Under the pieces are notes generated by a model, which saw only the letters and a list, made by a program, of their open reading frames with translations, was not told the DNA's origin and did not search any database. Of a stretch of DNA of 64,000 bases, positions 49,001-62,183 are shown one piece after another. Source of the DNA: Schizochytrium sp. TIO01 (lineage: Eukaryota > Protista > Bigyra: Labyrinthulomycetes); the NCBI GenBank assembly GCA_004764695.1, contig SMSO01000014.1:1297648-1361647 (forward strand). Direction: 5' to 3'. Each line of letters begins with the position of its first letter. Within the stretch, counting starts at the first letter, position 1. The position numbers were made by a program, and so were the translations under genes.

Positions 49001-51522
49001 GCAACATAAGGAGGGGCTATTTTAAAGGTATAGAATAAGACTTCTTAATCCAGCGCGTGCCAGCACGTGCAGTTTCTAGAGAGTACTAGGGTTTATCGTA
49101 AGTTGCCAACGCCTGCCATCCTTTTTGTCTGTTGATCTTGATATCTGTTGCTCAGCGTTAAAGATCAACACGGCCATTGGCTTCACCTTGAAGCTTGCAT
49201 CTATCTACATCTGTAGTTTAATTCTAATGATCATGGTTTCTTTACTTTTCTTATTATCTCCTAAAATCTGCATTTAAGGAAATGCTTGCTTTGGAAAGTT
49301 CTTGCTTTTTTAATGTTGGAATGTTGGATTCTGAGGTGCAAAAATAGCAGCACAAGCTTTTCTGTACAGCTTCATACTTGTAACTTAATAGCTCGCACTT
49401 ATTGTAAAATTGAATTGATTGCTATACAAAGGCTTACTTTTATTTTTTCGAGAAGCACAAGACCGGGAAACTTGGGAAAGACAGACCAGTGGCGGAGGGA
49501 CAATAAATTGCTCGCCCCAGCACGTTTCAAGCCGCCAGGCGGCCAGCCTGGTGCGTTACGGCAAAGCATCTCATGCTTACATTGATCTTGTGCACAGAGA
49601 CTCTTTTGCAAGCAATGTGTATTCATTCCTCTCTATGAATCGAATTTAATTCGTTTCGCAATTATATATTATGAAAAGGGACACTGATGCCAACGTGCAA
49701 TGGCAAATAGCAACGGACGATATATGAATCGCTCCCCAATGCACGACGTAATGAATTAGGAATTGTAGTTCCACTGTTTTGAAGTATTGGGCATAGGATG
49801 CAATACTTTCACCACTATCGTGTCAAAAAACCAATCAAAGCGGCGATAAACCTGCTACTGCAATAAACACTCGCCCATTTGCCTGCTTGCCTGGCCGTTG
49901 ATGCACTACCCCGACCTAGAATGGTAGTATGGTAGGTTGGATAGTCCTCGTCAGTCACGAGATAAACCCTCGTTACCAGTACGAATGAAACTCATGAGCA
50001 TGAGAGCAGCTCGACGGCGCTTCGTTTCAAGAGAATTGCAAGTTCAAGCAAGGCTCGGTCTCCTCGTCGCTGCAGGAGCTGCTGATCATTATCTTGTGAC
50101 TTTGTAGACGCAAGAGTGGGTCAAGATGCTTGGCTGCGCAAAGGAGCTGACTTTGGGTAGGATTAGAGAAATCATAGCTAAGTTGATATTGGAATGGATG
50201 GATAATTAGACTCATTTGATTGTTACTTGGGTGAGACCTCGCGGGCCTGGTCGCTTGTTGTCACTTTTTTTAAAGTTTTATTTTTCAGAATAAAACATTT
50301 CAGTTTTAGGTTTTAGGCTTAATAATTTTTATTTCTTTTTGAACATAGAGAAAATATGTTTAAAGGAATAAAGAAGAAGGACTTTAAAAATTTAATTTTT
50401 TTTTAAATGCTCTTTTTCTTTTCTCTTTCGAGTGACTACTCTTTTATTTTTATTTATTTTAAAATTAAATATCATGTAAAAGCTATTTACCGTTCTTTCA
50501 AAAGAAGAAGAAGAAGAACACCCCAGGAAGCAATTTTGGCGAAGAACATTTCGTTCCAGAACCACCTAAGTCACAAATTAAAACATTGAGGCCTGTCTCT
50601 GTATCTACGTCCGAGCTTGGTTTGCATAAAATTCGAAGTGCTCGCATGGATTTGTCGTCGATAGTTGCATGAAATCCTTCGAGTGCTGTCGACTGCGATA
50701 ACCGCAGTCAAGGCAAGCCTAAGCTACGCTGTTGAGGGATGGGTGCTCCTACTGCGAAACGTTTTCCGTAAAAGGAAACATCAAACATAAACCCTCCTTT
50801 GTAGCACCCTTGACCAAGCTCAGCTCTGGTCCAGACAAGGCCAAGCCCTGACGCCATTCCCACTGAGAGGACGTGGAGTTCACGGTCTGAAGTGAGGGTT
50901 TTACAATGGGTTAGTTACTCTGGCAAAAGTAGAGGCTATCACAGAAAACCGAGGTCGATTGGCCATTGGGCCATTTACAGAAAGAACCAGAGTACCGGAG
51001 ATCGACTCGACTCGATTTTCACGGAAAGAATCAATGCATTAAAATTTGCTTAGTTTTATAAAACATTCAAAGGAGTTGGCGAACAGTGAATACATTTACG
51101 ATGCGGATTCACTCGTGGCACGAACCAGTGACGTGGTTTTTTGAGCTGCCAAATCTGGTCAAACGGCGGCGCTCTTATTCTGAAGACACGGCGGGGTCTT
51201 GAAAAAACGCATAATTCAGAATCTAGCTGCGAACTGCTTAGTTTTCGGGATAATTTAAGCTCAGGAGTCGAAGATGTGTCCAACTCTCTTGAAGAGTCAT
51301 ATTATTTATAACAAACAATCTACTAGAAGTTGAAGTCGAGACACTTTCATGAGTTTGCGATTGCCAAGCATAAAAAAAACCTTCTTTAAATTAAAATGAA
51401 ATGAAATGAAATGAAATAATAATACTGCTGCCAGAGGCGAATTCTGAAATGGTTTTATAGTGTACCTTCCTAACTAACGCCTCAGTCAGTACCTTTGCGT
51501 ATTTCTGCCTCCGTCCTTGTTC

Positions 51523-51527
<5 letters not shown>

Positions 51528-51558
<31 letters not shown>
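51528..51558. repeat. (AT)15 microsatellite
   Basis: Direct read. Confidence 0.9.
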
Positions 51559-51562
<4 letters not shown>

Positions 51563-52028
51563 GCCATACTCTTTTTTATTACGCAGTTTACAGAATGTCG
51601 CGTTCTTGACCAAACTAGTCCAAACCTGTGTCCATCCCTGCTTCATACTCGCCCAATTAGTTCCACAGGTGTCGAAATCAAAACCCTGTTCGAAGCTCTA
51701 AGGGCTCTCTCTCCCCATCGATCCCCTCCGAGCACCACTTTGAACCAAGCTTTCAATCATTCATTCAACCAAAATAACTAAGTATGCCTTATCAAGTAGC
51801 ATCACGACACCTCGGAAACTCAGCGCACAGGAAAGAGCTCTGAGCTTTCCCTCCTCCTGAATATCTATGTATGAATGAATAAATGAATGAATGAATAAAT
51901 GAATAGAATGAATAAATGAATAGAATGTATGTTGTATGTAAGTAAGTATCCCTCAGACCGTCTAAGTCTGTCCTTCTCCCTAAGGGGTCTCTCGTCAACA
52001 ATCTTAGCGCGTCTTTTAATCAAGAGAG

Positions 52029-52058
52029 CTTCTTCTTCTTCTTCTTCTTCTTCTTCTT
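52029..52058. repeat. (CTT)10 microsatellite
   Basis: Direct read. Confidence 0.9.
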
Positions 52059-55000
52059 CAAGGTCAATGACGTTTGCCCATCTCGCTTCAATTGGCAGCT
52101 ATAGCTAGCTAGCTCTTGTGAGCTTTGCTCGGCTTGCCTTGACCTCATGCGACTCCCTCTGATTCCATCACCCGTCGCCGCTTTCTTCAACTGAGCACGT
52201 CCAAATCTAACTTAAATGGCTTCCTGCCGGAGCTGGGCCCTCACATGAAGTGCATCGTAGAAGAACGAGTCAGAGCATAAACGAGCTGGCCTTAGCGGCT
52301 TCGCCTAGGGGGGCTAGCAGCCCCTTGAGTTGAGTGGAAGCGCGCCTGAGTTTTAGTCGCGCTTTCGATGCATGTGTACGACCTGAGAAAACGCGCAGGA
52401 GATTGCTCTCTCGTTCTGCGGAATCCATCATGATTGAGCTGCGAGCTGATGATGGAAATCGAATGAGTGGCTGTGCTTCGCGCCGCTCGCTTCCTTCAAG
52501 CTGTGCTGGGATTTCAGGCCGTGCTGGGATTTCAAGGTTCTCGTTTTTGAGGTAACAGAAGCGAGCTGATGCAAGCAGCGCAGAAGCAGCGCTCGAGGCC
52601 GAATGCTGCTGTCAAAGAGTAGTCTCTGGAGCAGCAATCAATTCGATCCTTCGCTAGCTTCTTTCAAAGCTGCAAACACAAGCTGCTCGCTGAGAGGGAT
52701 GCGATCAACTGCTCGCAGGGGACGGCAGGTGCGATGTAATTTACCTGCGAATTGAGAGTTGGTATGTTCATTTCATTTATTTGTGTTTGCTTGTTTGCAA
52801 GTTTGCGTTGATTTGTATTGTACAGCTTTCCAAATGATGGCTCGCGTAAAAACCTGCCAGAAACCTCTGCGAGTAGAGGAACCAACAGTGCAGGAGGGGT
52901 TGGAATTCTGGCGTGCGGAGGCCCTGCAGTGGAGTCTTTGAGGAAGCTGCGTCCGAAGTTCGGAAGACCCTGCGCTTGGCAAAGAAACGATTCCACCCTC
53001 AAGTGCTCACGACACAGAGGGGCTTTATTCTTCCTTGGCTACAAACCATGGGCCAAAGTCTTTATTCAGGGCAGCGCCACCGTGCATGCGACGAATGAAA
53101 GCTCTCACGTGCACGAAGGAAGAGCTTCTCCTGAGACAATGGGATTAAATTGCGAAAGAGGCAACGCTCGTCTTGAGGATTCACGGCACCCAAATCTGGC
53201 GAGACAAACTCGATCGCTCAACCAGAGATGAGGAAAGTTTGGATCTATGCCTTGAAGTCGCAGCCACTGGTTTTTGTAATCACATGCACTGGGTCCTCTC
53301 GGTTTCATTCATGAGTAAATTTGGGTTGGGTTGCAATCGAAGCCTGTGGTGCAGGTTTTCGGAGATGATCTTCATGTGAAGTCTCGAGTGAAATCGCTAA
53401 TGTCACGCACCCTTCGCCACTCGAATGAATCTAAGCGTGACATTGAAGCAGGACCTGGCGCCTCGCTGACTGATGAACGTCTAGCCCTAGGAAGAAGGCC
53501 CGGTCGTCACGTGCTTGCCTGGCGCGATCAACTTGATTGCTTCTAATTCGAGCTGGTTTCGCAGCACGAGTAGAGCTCGATGTTCAAGTTGTACATTTCG
53601 GCACATCCAGCTTTGCATATGAGGAATAGAGAACCAGGTACCTACCTACACGTGCGTGTAAACAGAGCACAGCACAGCCTCGTGGACACTCGAAAACGAA
53701 GACGAAGAAGCCAAAGAAAGCCTGCAGGACCGGACGCAGCAAATGCAACCAGGAATGCACTAGAGCGATACATCGTGGTTTGAGCTCTTTTGGCGGAAGG
53801 ACGCAATCAGAGGAACTCGAGCGGAATCGGAACAGCATTTCGTAAACTCGATGATCAGTTTTACTTTACCCACTCTCAAGGTAGTTTTACAATGCCCCAG
53901 CGTGCTTCTGCCTGCTCGCTATTTCCAAGTCATCCCTTCAGCAATCGAACGCAGACCTACCCAGCTCGCGTGACGACGTGTCTACGCATGAGGCAGGTAC
54001 CTAGGTACGTGCCACACTGCTGATAACTCACTGCAATTCTTCATGGTACCTAGAATTTACAGGGCTACGACATACATACTTCAATTCCCTCTACTCGCTT
54101 GCGTGCTTGTGTTTGTTTGATTCCTCCTCTCTTCTTGTCATTACAAAAATTGAAACAAAAATGATAAAAGATGAAGGATTTTCAATTATAGAAGAAATAA
54201 GCCATCCTGAGCTTACCTTTTGGTGGAGAGAGCTCACGCGATGAACCCCGTTCATTCCAATTCGTATTGCTCGCTCTTCCAGGAAACCAAGCTAGAAAGG
54301 CAAGTGCCACGAGGAGCCTGAGCGTGAAATCAATCAGCTGTGATCTCTACAGGATCCTGCAAATTAACAAGAGCTAGAAGATAGGCAAACCAATACCAAG
54401 GGATGAGACCAATGGATGGCCAGTGTAACTTGTGGTTCTCTCCATCGACTATTTGATTGCCATTCCTTGTTCGCTTTCGAAACAGATATTCCAATAGCCA
54501 TCAGCCACAGCTGTGGCGACATCCAGGCTCCGGGTTGTCCCTGCGATGCGAAAATAGGAACTATACTGATAAGAGACATCTCCCTCTGGATTTAAGATTT
54601 CTTTCGGTCTGGAGAACCTCGATCACTCGATCATTTCATGAAGCTGAAAAATTCTGGCGGGGCCTTCGAGAGGCTGGTAAGGAGGAGTGCTTACCCGTGT
54701 ATTAAGTTTTAGCTTTGGAAAAGAGCTCTCTGTAGGATTTACTCATTTCCTATTCGCTGCGGAACTGCAAGACATTCTGATGATTGTACCCCGAAACAGT
54801 TGAAATGATGGAATTCACTGGAGAAATCGAACAAGCTCAAAGTGTTTGATTCAAGACATTACCAAATCCAAGCCTCCACTCTTCCCCTGGCAAAGACGAG
54901 GGGCATCTAATTTAGGACGACAGCGATGTGAATAGAGAGCATCCAAGCAAACATCAGTTAGACGTGATACTTACTCCTGCAGACCTGCATGGTAGCGTAG

Positions 55001-56507
55001 GAGTAGGTCATTTCCATTTCATACGTGTATATTTAGGTTCACTCGCACGCGCTGAGTTAAAGGCTCCCTGTTGCAGCTTGGCAATCCATCACCAGAGCAG
55101 AGACGTGCAATTTTTCATAATTTTGTGCAGAGAGAGAGAAACTTAAAACCAAATATGCGTCCTGCAAGGGTCTGCGTCTTCCGTCGCGCACGGCGAGTAC
55201 TTGTAAAATCATCGAGGCCAGCAGATTACTTGAGCTGTTTGCTTCTCGAGGTTTCCTTTCCTTTAGTTACGCTTGCTTACATTAATTGCGCCTGCTTCAG
55301 CTTAGTTCATCGAATCGTGGAGGACTGTCTTACAAATTGCAAGCAAGATGCATTCCGAATTTCATCGTTCGCTTCAATCGCCAGCTGACCATATATAACA
55401 TATTGTCCGAATGAATTTGCTTCTTCAAGCTGGCGAGGCGGGGCAGTCTTCAGACGACTACCCGAGCAAGATCATCAAAACTTTCCTATTGCAGCCAGTG
55501 GTTAAACCTCAAGTGCTTTCCTAATCGAACCTCGTCTTCTCTGGCGGTACAGGCGAGACATCAAATTTAGTGCACGCTGACTTAGATTCAACTCAAGATC
55601 GACAAATTCCATGGCGAAGTATTCCTGATTCTACGTTGCCTGCTTGCAGCTGCAAAAGACCCCGAACCGGTCACCTTGAAAACTCCAGCAGGCGCGTGCT
55701 CGTGGCCACCTCAGATCGATCTTCTTCTTCAATGAAAATGGATGGGCAGCTGGGCTTTCTTTCCAAAGCAACTCGACGATCATCGGCTCACAGTAGTAGT
55801 CACGTGCTGCAGCAGCGTGAGCAATTCATGCCAAAGTCAGAGCACTTGATCATCTAAAATCTAGCACGTCACTTTTACAATTCGCAAGTGCCGCTTCGTG
55901 CACGCGACGGGAAAGCTACCTTCACTACTACTGTTCTTCTAAGCGTTCCAATTGGATAAACTTTCGCAGGTCCATGAAGAAAACTTTCATGTTCAATGCC
56001 GACGATCACGAGAGAGCGAAGGCCAACCAACCAGCCAGCCAGTTCCAAGAGAAGAGCCTCCTTGCCTTCGTGCAGAGCGTCAGTGAGGCTTCAACGGAGA
56101 ACCTCCGCTCCGCTCAGCTTGAGCGCGTGTTCGTGTTCGTTGTTGTCCAAGTTGTGATCTTTTTTCAGTTTTCCAACAAAGTCCTCCTGCTCGTGATCTT
56201 TCGTTTTTTTTTCCTGTGGACATGGTTTTATCTACTTTTTGCCATTTCGTATGCGTCGGTGTCCTTCCTCGACCTTCTGCTGCATCGATCTCCCGTCGGT
56301 TGACGAAGGAGTTATCAGATCATTCGCTCCTTGCTCGAAAGGGTGGGTAGCTGGCTAACTAGCTGGCTCTTGCGCGCTCTTCGGGTTCCGATCCCGAACT
56401 CTCTCCACTTAGTTCTTCTGTTCCTTTATCTTCGTTCGATCACGAGAAACGCGAGGAACGTTTTGGTGAAGAAAGAGAACAACGGAAGAACGCCTCTTTC
56501 CCTCTTT

Positions 56508-56509
56508 TT

Positions 56510-56552
<43 letters not shown>
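56508..56552. repeat. (TTTC)11 microsatellite
   Basis: Direct read. Confidence 0.95.
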
Positions 56553-57731
56553 ATCTAAAGTTCTAAAGTTCTTTCTTTTTACTTACTTTCTTCCTCCTGC
56601 AGAGTGTTTTTATTTCCTCATACTGAAAGCGAATAAACTCCTAGCTTTTTATTTTATTTTTAAAATTTTAATTTAATTCTTTTTATTTTCCAAATGAATG
56701 GGTTCAAGAGAACAGTTAGAACAGCTTGGAATTTTTTCTTTTTTCTTTTTTCTTTTTTCTTTTTTTAATTGACGTAGTAACGTCAGCAAACTATCCCGTT
56801 TAATTTATTTATTTTTCTTATCATTTTTTATTTAGTTATTTTAACCAACATTAAAATACTTTTTCAATCACTTTTGAACAAAACCAAATAAACACCGGCT
56901 TATCCTCGCAGCGGTCGACAGAAAGCGAAAAGAACGCCCAAAGCACCTGCTTTGCCAGCGCTTGTGAACCGTAAAGTAAGTTCGTTGCGCATCTACGAAC
57001 TGCTTCCCGCCCTTCTCCTCTGTGTTTGCTGTTTCTAGTTCCCCTGATTCTCTCTTAGCTTCTTTCTTTAGCTGTTTCGCATACGTAGATCATTCATTAA
57101 TCAGAAGATGCAGACGGCCTACTCCGCCGCTTGAGCTGAAGACCGTCAACGTTCGAAGCTGAAGCAGCAAGCACAAGAACAAACCTATGAGTGTGTCTTC
57201 GAACTGGAATCCAATCAAGGGAACGAAGAAGCCGTCGATGGTGACGTCTTCGCAGCGCTGGAAGAGGTACTCTCTCGCAGCATGTCGTCTGATTGATTGC
57301 GAAGCTCTTCTTCTTCATCTCTTATTCGTAAACTGACACAGCCCTATGAGCTGGATACCGATAAGTTTAGCCGCTGTTTGCGAGAACTTTACCTCTAGAG
57401 AAGCGAATTTGATTATCGAAGTACTATCGTTTGACTAGCACTCGTAGGTACTTTCTTTCCCATAAAGCTAGCTGTGTTTGTTTGTTTGATTAATTCATTG
57501 AGTGATTGATTGGGTGATTGATTGAGTGAAGTTGAGTGAAGTTGAGTGAGCGATTATTTGTTTCTCTTTGAAAAGAGAGAAAAGAGTTGAGCGCATGCAA
57601 GCATGCACGTACCTACAACTAACAGAGCTTTTTCTCTAAGAGCTGGCCGCCCCGCACTGTTACCTGAAGGCCTAAGCAGGTGGTAGCGCACAGAAGGGAA
57701 GCCTAACCTTGACAAAAGAAAATCATCACAA

Positions 57732-57801
57732 AATGAATGAATGAATGAATGAATGAATGAATGAATGAATGAATTTAATGAATGAATGAATGAATGAATG
57801 A
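57732..57801. repeat. (AATG)n microsatellite, interrupted once
   Basis: Direct read. Confidence 0.95.
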
Positions 57802-58630
57802 AAACGATTCTCACTGCTCTTTGTGTTGGAGTTTTGGCTTTTCCTGTCTTTCGCCATGTGCGAAAGGATGACCGCTGAGGCCATTGCAAGCAACACAGCC
57901 TCTGACAAGAAGAAGAAGAAGAAGTAGAAGACCTGCACGCAGTGAGAATTGGACGGTAGGTCTGTCAGTTGGTTAGAGCCCACCGTAATTCTGACAAGCT
58001 CAAGCGCCTCCTGCGGATTGAAGATTCAAAGGGCGGTCGGCTGACTATTGTTCTCAATAGGATAGGTACCATCTACCTAACTGCCTGCCTACAGCCCTAC
58101 TAAGTTAGAGGTACTTTTAGTTTGCCGAAGAAGCAATCAAACAGAACAGAAATTATTAAATGGACGAGCGATTCTTTTACTTTGTTTGGGGGAAAGGCGT
58201 TTTAAACGTAAGTGGTGACAGCACTACTCGGCTACAGACAGCTCAAAGAGAAAGAAACTAGAGTTGCTCTTGCAAGTTCACTGAACGCGAGACGTGTTAG
58301 TCTTCCAGAGTGTCTCACTTTACACTGAATGTTCTTTATTGCAAATTAAACTTTATCGTGCAGAAGATACAACTAAACAGTGTCAAAGTATATTTATACT
58401 GAATAAAAATATCCTCTTTTTCCTTTTAACCCTTTTTTAATAAATACTTTTTTGTTTATTTATTTTCTTTGTTTAGGCAAAAATGTTGTAGCGTTCTTTT
58501 CGTTCTTTTCGTGAAGCTTCAAACGTTTTCTACTGAAAATCATTCTGATTTAAAGGAAATTATTTAAAAACCCTGAGGCACTGAAAATAATCAACGATGA
58601 GCCCCTCTTTCTAATAACTTTATATATATA

Positions 58631-58700
58631 TTTATTTTATTTATTTATTTATTTCAATAATAATAATAAATAATAATAATAAATAATAATAATAATAATA
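58631..58700. repeat. (TTTA)n followed by (AAT)n, forming the core of an AT island
   Basis: Direct read. Confidence 0.9.
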
Positions 58701-60142
58701 ACATTGAAAAGTAAAAAATGTTAATACATTTTAAAACAGTATTTTTTCTTAATTAAAAAAAGTACAACTTGAAGAATAAGAAAGATAAAACAGACATACC
58801 ATCTGCCATGTATCTAAGAGGAGTTCGAAAGGTAGAACTGCCGAGCTGGGCCGGCAGTGTTTTGGGATGTCTCCTCACTGCGAACGGTCCCGCAGGAGTT
58901 GACAGAACGGCCTTCAGAATTTGTTTCTTTATTTCTTTGTTGCTCTCTCGTGTTCGTCCGCGGCTTTCCCGTGCGCGATGGCGATGGTTCACTCGTTCAT
59001 TCGATTCATTCGATTCATTCGATTCATTTCGATTCATTCGTTCGTCTCTTCGATGCTTCGCTCTTTTCAATTGAAGCCGCTGTGACCCACGCGAGAACTC
59101 GCTTAATATTCCAGACAGATGCTTGACTCAGGGTTTCTTTCTGATCAGAGATCATCACTCAGCCAACGCAAAGACGCATGCCAAGGATTATTGAATTGAC
59201 AACGAATGAAGCTAATCTGCAACGATTGAAGAGTATCCAGTTCCCGCGGATTCGTCTCCGATAGCGGCGAATACCTTGGTCGCTGCGGCGGCGACGGCGC
59301 AGAATTGCTGTCCTCCAGAGAACGATATTGAACGGATGCTTGCGTTATTATAAATGCAAGCAGGAATGCACGGGTGGAGGTGCTGGGCTGCAGCAACGGC
59401 ACGTACTAGCTGACAGCTTCTTTTCCTGGCATTGCTCGTGTCTTTGGCTCGTTTATTTCATGCTGGACCTGCATGAGCCGCTCATCCATCCATCCATCTA
59501 TCCATCCATGGATCCATGGATCCATTCATCCGTTCGCTCCATTCGTCGATCGATCGGAGCCGAGCGAAGCGACCTCTCTCCATGATGCTGTCCGGAAGCC
59601 TGCTGTCCTGGTCAGCCGCTGGGAAGTCAATCGATTCCACGGCGAACGGCGATGTGATTGCTGTAGCTCCGCGTTTCCAATGGCAGCTGACTGACTGAAG
59701 CGCAATCGCTGATGCAAATGCAAAAGGTCGTCCTTCGAGGACGAGGCCGTTCATCCGTAAGTTCTTGATAAACTTCCTCCCGATGGGCGTGCGTGCTGCA
59801 GGCAAGTACGCAGGCCGCTCGAGCCTGGCCTGCGAACAGCATTGCAGCGAGGCCTTTTGCTTGCTTCCTTGCTTGCTTGCTTGTAATGAACGAATGGCTA
59901 ATGAATGAGCGGGAGTTGAAACCCTCGGATTTGACCAGGGATCCACTTGCAAACGGGCGTACCTGCGCGCGTGAAGGACGGCAAAAAGCTATTTGATGCA
60001 GGAGTCAGGAAGTCCCAAAGAGAGCGCCGCTTGGTCGTACTGGCGAAGTCACGAAGGAATAGGAATGCCTGCGATGTGGCACGCTGGGAAAATCCTAGAC
60101 GCCGAAGCCACCCAAATTATCCCCAAATCCTCACCACGGCGA

Positions 60143-60178
60143 TGACGACGGCGGCGGCGGCGGCGGCGGCGACGACGC
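60143..60178. repeat. (GAC/GGC)n trinucleotide repeat
   Basis: Direct read. Confidence 0.85.
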
Positions 60179-62081
60179 CATCGAAGTCTTTGCCTTTTGT
60201 TGAAAGGCACTACGCGTGTGAAGATGTTCGCCGTCCCAAAGGCGAATAAAAATTCTGCGGCGAACCTGCCCGGCGGCGCAGATGAGCGTTAATCGAATTT
60301 GGGGTCCCAGCAGGAACTTGACGGTTGAGGGGGAGGAATTTGCTGAAGAAATGCCTGGACCTAATTGGAATCGATTCCTCAGTTTTGCAGGATTTTATTT
60401 GTAAGCGCGATCTCAGCTGTTTACAAGTTGTAATCAGAGCCGCAATTTGTAACTCGGAGGAAGAAGAGTTTCATGCTGCGCTCGCCACGTATTTATCAGG
60501 GTATCTTTTTATTCTCATAAGTTATTGCTTTCTTTCTTTTTCTCTTTAATTATGGAATTACATTCATTCAGAATAACAGTCCTCATAAAATACAAAGTAG
60601 TCCATGACATTGGGCGCGAAGGCAGTGCATCTCCGTGCAAAGCCTGGGCACCTCCTACCGTCTGAAGACCTTGGAATGCCATCTCTTCTCCTTCTCCTGC
60701 TGGAAACAGACCGCGCTGGAGGCTCGGAGAAAGAACGAGAAGAGATGAACTATTTATTATTGGAGGAGGGGGGCCGCTTTCTCAAGGATGGATCTGCGTC
60801 GAGAGCTTCTTCTGAGGACAAGTGTCGATCGCGTCGCGTAAGCTGACGACTGACAGGCAATAATTGCGAAGAGAGCTGGTTCCCAGTGCAAGTGATGCAG
60901 GTTTAAGGTGAAGACCCCTTTTGGAAAAAGGCTCTAGATATCTTGCTAGCCTGCCCTGCGTGGCGTTAGACGGAAGCAGCTGCTCCTTTCCGCCTCGTCA
61001 TCTTCGAATGGAAAGCTCTCGTGGATTGGATTGGCTTTGGTCGAATGAATGAAAGGTTCCTGCCCGTCCTTTTTCAGGCTCTCTCCTGAAAATGTTCGCG
61101 TTCAAATTGGGCTCTCATCCGGCGTGACCTCCGAAATCCGTCACGCGGTGGAAATAACCCAAACTTACTTCAGGCAGATGCCGCGTGCAGCGTAAGCACA
61201 AAGTCTGCTGCCTGGGTATCGCAAAGCGAAGCTACCACAGCTTCGCGCGGGTACTCGCTCCCCTCGGGACCCGGCTACCTCGACCCAGATAGACGTGGAG
61301 ATTTATTTATTTGGTCATGAATTGCTATGAACGACTTTCCGCTTCGAATTCGAACTCTCTCCAGAGCGCCACGGCAGAAACCCGAGGAATGAATATATAG
61401 AACGCCAGCCCAGCTGTCCCTGAAACGCAAGAATAAATCAAGAGAGAGCGAGCGAGCGAGCCCAGCCTCTCGAAACCCGCAGGCCGAGCGCAAGGAGCGA
61501 AGGGTCAGTCAGCCGCGATGATGATGGCTCTCTCAGTCCAAGATGAGAGAGGAGATTTGAATTGATTTGCCCAACCGAAAGAAATCAAAGCAAGAGCTCT
61601 GAGCGAAGGCGCGAAAGACGCAGCGTGCCCCTCCGCAGACTGTGGCCCCCGCGCTCGGACGAGGGGGGGCTCCGCAGGGAGGGGTATACAGTAAGCTGGC
61701 GCGTGACTGGCGCCCTCTCGAGAGCGCTTGCGAGACGCCAGCACTCCGTTCGGAATCAAATCGAAAGCAGCTCCGAGGACCGCGAAGGCATTTGAAAACG
61801 CTGTGCACGAAGAGCAAAGACTGCGCAGCGGCGCTGGGGCGAGAGCAGCCCCTCCGGAGAGGAAGGACTCTGCGGGCCTCAGCTCTGAAGAGGCGAGAGC
61901 CCGCCGTGGAAGAAGCGGAACGTAGGCTCAAGATTTGGAAATTACTGTCGGCTGGAGTTTGCAACTGCTGTTGAAGTTTTAAAGTTCGATTTTGGGCGCA
62001 AGGTATTCGTGATTTTTTTGTTTATTGGGTTTTTTGTTTATTGGTTTGTTTTAAATTAAAATTAACTTTAAGCGCGCCGTG

Positions 62082-62183
62082 GAATTTGAATTTGAATTTG
62101 AATTTGAATTTGAATTTGAATTTGATTTTGAATTTGATTTTGAATTTGATTTTGAATTTGATTTTGAATTTGATTTTGAATTT
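62082..62183. repeat. (GAATTT)7 followed by (GATTTTGAATTT)5
   Basis: Direct read. Confidence 0.95.

Noticed and set aside
56380-56400. GGTTCCGATCCC T-loop-like hairpin suggesting a tRNA
   Set aside because: No cloverleaf, D-arm or acceptor stem can be built around it.
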